A stretch of 42,214 nt of DNA from a virus. Below, piece by piece: positions 1 through 4,366 of the stretch. The DNA lies in the IMG/VR virus record IMGVR_UViG_3300002460_000067, positions 1-42,214 of that record; one strand, written 5' to 3'. The position numbers and the translations under genes are program-made. Under the pieces are notes generated by a model that worked only from the letters and a program-made list of their open reading frames with translations, did not search any database and had not been told where the DNA came from. Each line of letters starts with the position of its first letter. The stretch's first letter is position 1.

Positions 1-75
1 CTCTCTCTCTCCTTCTTCTCTCTCTCCTCTCCTCCTCCCGGAGTATCCCCCCCCTGCCTGCGCCTGGCCCGCCCA
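1..75. repeat. 75-bp exact terminal direct repeat (identical to 42140..42214); closure of a circular or terminally redundant genome
   Basis: Base-by-base comparison: 1..75 (ctctctctctccttcttc...gcctggcccgccca) equals 42140..42214. Confidence 0.95.
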
Positions 76-166
76 CCCCCCACCCCCGCAATCACACCAT
101 GTCATTCTATACGGTATGTGATATTAATGGATTAATTAAATGGCCGTTATCTTGTGCTATTTTCTT

Positions 167-631
167 TTAAATGTCAGTGGCCTCTCCTCTCATCTGCTCC
201 TCTACCAGAGTAAACTCCTCCTCATCCATGCTGCCCAGCCGGTGCAGGATGCTCTCCAGCTTGGTGGTAGCCGTGACACTGCGCTGCACCGGCATCCCCA
301 CCATGTACGATAGGTACAGTTTCACCCCGGCCTCACGCGCCCGCCAGGAGGAACCATTGGTAATCAGCCCCAGCACCGTCGCTACTATCTGCTCCGGTGG
401 GATTGCGGAACGCATCAGGTTGAGTACAGCGTTTTCTCTGGTCTTGGGCGGCCTGCCCGCCGGGTTCCCCGATTGCCCTTTCGCCCAGAGGTGGCTGTTG
501 CGGGGGGTGATATCAGTCGCGAGTACACCTATCTCCACGCTTTTTTCCACAATATCACCATCATTCACCGGCTCTGTCGTTTCCTGATCGCCTGGCTCTG
601 TTTGCATATTCCCCATCACTTTCATCATCAT
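167..631 (-). CDS. GNPAGRP-motif DNA-binding protein (DUF5681-like; possible small-terminase-like protein)
   Basis: 154-codon ORF. The motif 'KGQSGNPAGRPPKT' resembles the GNPxGRP signature I recall from DUF5681-type phage proteins (not searched). Several in-frame ATGs (631, 628, 625, 616, 607) lie inside a 22-bp tandem duplication, so the true start is uncertain. Confidence 0.5.
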   Translation of the reverse strand: MMMKVMGNMQTEPGDQETTEPVNDGDIVEKSVEIGVLATDITPRNSHLWAKGQSGNPAGRPPKTRENAVLNLMRSAIPPEQIVATVLGLITNGSSWRAREAGVKLYLSYMVGMPVQRSVTATTKLESILHRLGSMDEEEFTLVEEQMRGEATDI

Positions 632-953
632 TCCCCATCACTTTCATCATCATTCACCATCATTCCCCATCGCCATCATCGTTTTCACCATCCTTTTTGG
701 CTTGATGGTGAACGCTCTACCACCTGTAAAACCCCCACTTCACCATGATTGATGGTGATTTTCACCTTCCAGGGTTTGTGGTTATCCATGTTGTTGTTGT
801 TGTTGGCCGTTGTTGCTGCATCTTTATTGATTATCCCTATTAATATATATTGATTTTCACCATCAATCATGGTGAATACTGGTACTACCACTGGGAACTC
901 GTTCACCATCAAGCACTTTTCTGTTGGTGATGTCACCATCATGATGATGGTGA
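555..953. repeat. Iteron-like cluster of TCACCAT/ATGGTGA boxes (candidate origin or operator region)
   Basis: There are 11 exact copies: forward at 555, 654, 685, 740, 857, 903, 933 and reverse at 705, 752, 869, 947. Variants lie at 762 and 924. Three inverted pairs occur at 740-758, 857-875 and a perfect 21-bp palindrome at 933-953. (TTG)5 lies at 790-804 and an AT-only patch at about 838-856. The region sits between divergent genes. Confidence 0.8.
609..652. repeat. 22-bp perfect tandem duplication (ttccccatcactttcatcatca x2)
   Basis: 609-630 equals 631-652. On the minus strand each unit carries GGGGAA plus ATG codons at the 5' end of the 167..631 ORF. Confidence 0.9.
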
Positions 954-1013
954 AGGTTGCCACTTCCGCCTGTCGCGACAAGCAGGCCTAAACCGACCAC
1001 TCGTGTAAATCAG

Positions 1014-1051
1014 GGTTAACGATGGTTAACCAACTCCATTCTATGGTTAAT
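1014..1051 (+). promoter_or_regulatory. Three direct GGTTAAY boxes (candidate regulator binding sites)
   Basis: GGTTAAC at 1014 and 1024, GGTTAAT at 1045 (spacings 10 and 21 bp). The same core recurs at 41483-41499 and inside the 41521-41565 inverted repeat. Confidence 0.45.
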
Positions 1052-1143
1052 CACCGCGATTTACCGTAAGCTTGGCCGTAAGGCGTGACGTTGTTTTGCG
1101 GTTCATTTTGAGTAAACTCGTGTATCATTTTGCATTTTGCCTA

Positions 1144-1172
1144 TTGACAACCGTGTATCATTATGATATAAT
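1144..1172 (+). promoter_or_regulatory. Consensus sigma70-type early promoter
   Basis: TTGACA (1144-1149), a 17-nt spacer, then TATAAT (1167-1172). A direct repeat CGTGTATCATT lies at about 1110 and inside the spacer (about 1152). Confidence 0.8.
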
Positions 1173-1221
1173 AGGTTCAGGCAAGGCAATCGGGACCGAG
1201 CCAACAGAAAGGAGCATAATC

Positions 1222-1434
1222 ATGAACACGATTACGAAAGAGAAACTTTCCCAGGCAGCCCAAGCTGCACTGGATAACTGGGACCATCAATTGATGGTCC
1301 CAGGGCAATCGACTGTCCTCCAGTCGATTGTAGATTGTCCGCACAATTTTGCGGACAATGACGGCAAAGTCAATATCCCAGTCGGATGGGATATCTGGAA
1401 ATATCTCGAAGAGGTCAGCAGCAGCCTGGCCTAG
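1222..1434 (+). CDS. hypothetical early protein (70 aa)
   Basis: ATG at 1222 is preceded by GAAAGGAG. It is the internal Met of track ORF 1072..1434, whose upstream part overlaps the promoter. Confidence 0.7.
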   Translation: MNTITKEKLSQAAQAALDNWDHQLMVPGQSTVLQSIVDCPHNFADNDGKVNIPVGWDIWKYLEEVSSSLA

Positions 1435-1436
1435 AC

Positions 1437-1514
1437 AATCCAGTCGTGCGGAGGTCACCCCCGACCTCACTACCGATAGTCGGTGGCGCCCCGTTGGGGT
1501 GGGCGTGGATAAAT
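1437..1514 (+). repeat. Structured intercistronic module, copy A (three hairpins)
   Basis: It starts AATCCAGTCGTGC and ends GGGGTGGGCGTGGATAAAT, like copies B and C. Hairpins lie at 1451-1468 (GAGGTC/GACCTC), 1470-1486 (CTACCG/CGGTGG) and 1489-1499 (CCCC/GGGG). Confidence 0.8.
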
Positions 1515-1537
1515 CACAGAATGAAAGGGACAGACAC

Positions 1538-1741
1538 ATGAGACACCGCGGTTTTGATAGTGATGACCGAGTAGAGCAAGTTGATTGGCTGCGCCAAGAG
1601 GCGCGAGACATTCTCAACTATGGCGATGGCACAGAAATCGAGCTAGTCGATTTCTGGAAAAGCCAACCGGTTGAGATCCCGGAATGGTTTGATCAGAATG
1701 ACGAAAAATTGTTACAGCAATTCGTTGCCGAATTGCTGTAA
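1538..1741 (+). CDS. hypothetical early protein (67 aa)
   Basis: ATG at 1538 follows GAAAGGGACAGACAC, in frame with track ORF 1349..1741. It begins ATGAGACA like the neighbouring genes. Confidence 0.7.
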   Translation: MRHRGFDSDDRVEQVDWLRQEARDILNYGDGTEIELVDFWKSQPVEIPEWFDQNDEKLLQQFVAELL

Positions 1742-1774
1742 CCACCACGCCCCACCCGCCCCCAGTGGCGCCTT

Positions 1775-1858
1775 AATCCAGTCGTGCAGCGCCACCCCCA
1801 GGCGCTCTACCGTCAAGTCGGTAGCCCCTCACATAGGTGGGGGTGGGCGTGGATAAAT
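1775..1858 (+). repeat. Structured intercistronic module, copy B
   Basis: Hairpins lie at 1788-1806 (AGCGCC/GGCGCT), 1807-1824 (CTACCG/CGGTAG) and 1826-1843. It is identical to copy C except for one A/G difference. Confidence 0.85.
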
Positions 1859-1871
1859 GAAAGGAAGAAAT

Positions 1872-2099
1872 ATGAGACGCATGGACAAAATTACATGCCT
1901 GGAGGACGCTAAAAATTATCTTCTGGCTACCGCGCCAGAACTAGACTCTCTTATCAAAAAAGCCGCCACGGGAGACGATGCAGCATATATGGCTCTCGTG
2001 GCGAGAATCGAACTTGACGAATCCCCGCCAACCCTGGCGGCCCTATGCTTCTTACCCTCGTATGGCCGCCACGGGAAGGATATAGAAAGGAACACATGA
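1872..2099 (+). CDS. hypothetical early protein (75 aa)
   Basis: ATG at 1872 follows GAAAGGAAGAAAT, in frame with track ORF 1857..2099. Confidence 0.65.
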   Translation: MRRMDKITCLEDAKNYLLATAPELDSLIKKAATGDDAAYMALVARIELDESPPTLAALCFLPSYGRHGKDIERNT

Positions 2100-2111
2100 G
2101 CAGCATCCAGT

Positions 2112-2195
2112 AATCCAGTCGTGCAGCGCCACCCCCAGGCGCTCTACCGTCAAGTCGGTGGCCCCTCACATAGGTGGGGGTGGGCGTGGATAAAT
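2112..2195 (+). repeat. Structured intercistronic module, copy C
   Basis: Same 84-nt sequence as copy B. The second hairpin closes with a G.U wobble (CGGTGG), which only works in the plus-strand RNA. Confidence 0.85.
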
Positions 2196-2210
2196 GAAAG
2201 GAACAGAATC

Positions 2211-2408
2211 ATGTTTGACGCAAAATCGCTCAGTCCTGAGGCCAAAGCAGCGTGTCGCGCGCTGAACTTTACCCCCCGGCACTGGGAGCCGGTGGACGAA
2301 TCACTTCCGGATGAAGTGGAGCACATTGTAGTCCGAATTTGGAATTCCAAGCGATTGGTCACATTGACCAATCGTCAATTGGAATTTGCAGCGACATATT
2401 TGCGTTGA
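2211..2408 (+). CDS. hypothetical early protein (65 aa)
   Basis: ATG at 2211 follows GAAAGGAACAGAATC, in frame with track ORF 2121..2408. Confidence 0.7.
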   Translation: MFDAKSLSPEAKAACRALNFTPRHWEPVDESLPDEVEHIVVRIWNSKRLVTLTNRQLEFAATYLR

Positions 2409-2484
2409 CGCGTCAGGAACCCCATAGCTAAAGCCAGGGGTATCTCGCATACAAACCAAATGAAAGGAACAGACACATGAGACA

Positions 2485-2625
2485 ATGGAATCGGTATTCG
2501 CAGGTGAGAGCCTGCCCCCCTGGACGTACTTCTACGTGAGCGACGATGCGAAAATCGTGGCCGCTGACGTGCCCAGTGATGGCTATCCGATGGATGAAGT
2601 AGAGTTCATTGGCCGCAAGTTCTAG
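2485..2625 (+). CDS. hypothetical early protein (46 aa, below the ORF-track cutoff)
   Basis: Hand translation gives MESVFAGESLPPWTYFYVSDDAKIVAADVPSDGYPMDEVEFIGRKF. A second ATG at 2477, in the position conserved in the other early genes, opens only a 20-codon frame. Confidence 0.45.
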   Translation: MESVFAGESLPPWTYFYVSDDAKIVAADVPSDGYPMDEVEFIGRKF

Positions 2626-2630
2626 CTTAG

Positions 2631-2666
2631 TAATTGCCGCCCGCACCCGGCCATAGGTGCGGAGAG
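2631..2666 (+). repeat. Second hairpin element family, copy 1
   Basis: taattgccgcccgcacccggccataggtgcggaga; stem CCGCACC (2641-2647) pairs with GGTGCGG (2656-2662). It matches 34 of 36 nt of 3051-3086. Confidence 0.8.
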
Positions 2667-2717
2667 CGCAATGCCCACCATCCCCCGTGGCCGTGGATAT
2701 AGAAAGGAAAGGCCGCC

Positions 2718-3053
2718 ATAAACATATCGCAGAAAATCAGGGAGTACTTCTCCCTACGACAGGAGGGAGAAGACCACGAATCCTCCCTATATGCAGTCGG
2801 TCTCCCCCCCGACTACATAATCACACCGAGTCCCACACCAAGTGGAGCGGAGATCCAAAAATATTTCCCCGACTACCAATGTAGTCAGGCAGACGCCAAG
2901 GGAATATTGAAGGATATTCGCAGGGATTTCAACGCCTACACAGCGCAGTGTGTAGGTGCGAGCCTGAACTGGCACAATGGCTCATGGTCCTGCCAGTTCA
3001 AAATTAAAGCGTATGAAGCGGTGGTCTCTCTTGGAGACCACCAGGATTTGTAA
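2718..3053 (+). CDS. hypothetical early protein with probable non-canonical ATA start (~111 aa)
   Basis: Hand translation shows an open frame from 2703 to TAA at 3051-3053 (117 codons), with protein-like sequence (..ISQKIREYFSLRQEGEDHESSLYAVGLPPDYII..). The first canonical in-frame start is TTG at 2907. ATA at 2718 lies 9 nt after GAAAGGA, matching the SD-start spacing of neighbouring genes. Confidence 0.5.
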   Translation: MNISQKIREYFSLRQEGEDHESSLYAVGLPPDYIITPSPTPSGAEIQKYFPDYQCSQADAKGILKDIRRDFNAYTAQCVGASLNWHNGSWSCQFKIKAYEAVVSLGDHQDL

Positions 3054-3086
3054 TTGCCGCCCGCACCCGGTTATAGGTGCGGAGAA
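3051..3086 (+). repeat. Second hairpin element family, copy 2
   Basis: taattgccgcccgcacccggttataggtgcggaga. It begins at the stop codon of the preceding ORF and precedes the SD of the next gene. Confidence 0.8.
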
Positions 3087-3093
3087 GGAAGTG

Positions 3094-3285
3094 ATGGGAG
3101 ACGCCGATTGGATTACGCGGCGTAGGCTCGAGGAGCTTCGCCGGCGCTACGATACGCCGGCGAAGCAAAACATCCGCAAAGCCGCCGAACGCCGTCGCCT
3201 CAAACAGGCGGCCGAACTGGCCGGCTTCGCCAGCATCGTCCAGCTAGCCAACGCCTTGTTGGCTGGCCAACAAGGCGTTCGCTAG
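3094..3285 (+). CDS. hypothetical basic protein (63 aa)
   Basis: ATG at 3094 follows GAAGGAAGTG. It is the internal Met of track ORF 2977..3285. The protein is Arg/Lys-rich and looks helical. Confidence 0.65.
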   Translation: MGDADWITRRRLEELRRRYDTPAKQNIRKAAERRRLKQAAELAGFASIVQLANALLAGQQGVR

Positions 3286-3286
3286 C
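3243..3286 (+). other. Long near-perfect hairpin at the 3' end of the 3094..3285 gene
   Basis: gctagccaacgccttgttggc / gccaacaaggcgttcgctagc gives 14 bp, one mismatch, then 6 bp. There is no adjacent U-tract. Confidence 0.6.
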
Positions 3287-3304
3287 GTTGGTGTCGCAGA
3301 GCTT

Positions 3305-3487
3305 TTGGCGCACACGGAAACCCTGGAAATTCTGGAAGTTCTGCCCCAGAAAAGCATGTTCCAAATTGCGGATATTCCGCAGACGTATCGTGTATCGCGC
3401 CACTTCACCGATGGCGCCAGGGTCAATACCACAAATGAGGTGGTACTGACAGAGCGCGCCATCGACAACATTATCAGTCTGGCCTAA
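3305..3487 (+). CDS. hypothetical protein (start uncertain: TTG 3305 or ATG 3356)
   Basis: Track ORF of 60 aa with a weak ribosome-binding site for either start. Confidence 0.3.
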   Translation: MAHTETLEILEVLPQKSMFQIADIPQTYRVSRHFTDGARVNTTNEVVLTERAIDNIISLA

Positions 3488-3491
3488 GCGC

Positions 3492-3522
3492 CCCACCCCC
3501 CCCGGTGGGCTATTCTGTTTTT
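3492..3522 (+). terminator. Weak candidate intrinsic terminator
   Basis: CCCACC (3492-3497) pairs with GGTGGG (3504-3509). A T-run at 3518-3522 lies 8 nt downstream, which is non-canonical spacing. Confidence 0.3.
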
Positions 3523-3557
3523 AAGGTACACATTAAGGTACACATTAAGGTACACAT
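3522..3557 (+). repeat. 12-bp perfect tandem repeat x3 (TAAGGTACACAT), candidate operator
   Basis: Units at 3522-3533, 3534-3545 and 3546-3557. The last unit supplies the A and T of the ATG at 3556. Confidence 0.9.
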
Positions 3558-3750
3558 GAAAAAATCAGACACTACACCCAAACCTTACCGCCTTCCATCG
3601 CGCACCGTCGCGCAGTTGCGTGAACTGCGCGACGGCGGATATTACACTACCGAGACCGCCGCCGTGGTCGAAGCCATCAACCTCCTGTGGCAGACACGGC
3701 TAGCGGAATCAACACAGCACCTGTCGCCCAGCCCCGACGACATGAGCTAG
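3556..3750 (+). CDS. ribbon-helix-helix (Arc/CopG-like) DNA-binding protein
   Basis: MKKSDTTPKPYRLPSRTVAQLRELRDGGYYTTETAAVVEAINLLW shows the beta-strand then helix-helix pattern typical of RHH proteins. It is the internal Met of track ORF 3505..3750. Confidence 0.65.
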   Translation: MKKSDTTPKPYRLPSRTVAQLRELRDGGYYTTETAAVVEAINLLWQTRLAESTQHLSPSPDDMS

Positions 3751-3752
3751 CA

Positions 3753-3780
3753 GAGAGCCACCTGGTCAGGGTGGCTCTCT
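3753..3780. terminator. Hairpin between convergent transcription units
   Basis: An 11-bp stem, agagagccacc (3753-3763) pairing with ggtggctctct (3770-3780), with a 6-nt loop. U-tracts are poor on both strands. Confidence 0.5.
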
Positions 3781-3956
3781 TACTTTGCCGCGCAGATAGA
3801 CACCTGCTGCTGCAACACACCTACCACATCAGTCATGCGCAGGTAGAGCAAGACAAAGAGCAACGCCTGGCCAACCATCATCATCACTACCATTGACATT
3901 CCTATTTGTATGCCGCTCCATTCTACATAGTTTGTTTGCTGTGTTGGCTCGTCCAT
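3780..3956 (-). CDS. small membrane protein (58 aa, below the ORF-track cutoff)
   Basis: Hand translation gives MDEPTQQTNYVEWSGIQIGMSMVVMMMVGQALLFVLLYLRMTDVVGVLQQQVSICAAK. GGAG lies 5 nt upstream of ATG 3956. There is one hydrophobic helix. Confidence 0.55.
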   Translation of the reverse strand: MDEPTQQTNYVEWSGIQIGMSMVVMMMVGQALLFVLLYLRMTDVVGVLQQQVSICAAK

Positions 3957-3966
3957 GATTACTCCG

Positions 3967-4353
3967 TCAATTTTGAGCGCGGCGCTCTAGCCATTCAGTG
4001 AACTGCTCTTCCACCCACTCCGGATCGTGGCGCTCTTTCCAGTATTCCCCGTAAACCTTTGTTGCCCAGCCGTCTAGCTGTGCTGCGTGCAATGCCCGCT
4101 GGCTCTTGACTGCTCCCCGTTCGGCGCGCTTCTTATCTTCTTTGATGTGACATTGGGTACAGACAACCACCAGATCCTCTGGCAATTCGTGGCGGAATCT
4201 TTCATAGGTTACATGATGAACTTCTAGTGTCCGCGACCACTTAGAGAATCCGCATATTGCACACCGATGCTGAGCGCGTTCCAGTGCGGCGGCTCTCTTC
4301 TGTTTCCACGTTGGGCTATTAATGTATTGCTGGTATTCTTCTTTTGAAAGCAT
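3967..4353 (-). CDS. HNH endonuclease
   Basis: CAICG...LEVHHVTY...VVVCTQCH matches the classic HNH/zinc-hook pattern. Confidence 0.85.
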   Translation of the reverse strand: MLSKEEYQQYINSPTWKQKRAAALERAQHRCAICGFSKWSRTLEVHHVTYERFRHELPEDLVVVCTQCHIKEDKKRAERGAVKSQRALHAAQLDGWATKVYGEYWKERHDPEWVEEQFTEWLERRAQN

Positions 4354-4366
4354 GGCGTTGCCTCCC

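Noticed and set aside
473-981. His-rich ORFs 473..748 (plus strand) and 685..981 (minus strand).
   Set aside because: Their sequence is dictated by the TCACCAT/CATCAT repeats of the iteron-like region. They have no SD and are not protein-like.
2657-2975. Track ORFs 2657..2884 (plus strand) and 2787..2975 (minus strand) in the early region.
   Set aside because: Both overlap the longer, more protein-like frame-3 ORF (2703-3053), which fits the operon's SD and start module. Their translations are Arg/Pro/Cys-rich and unconvincing.
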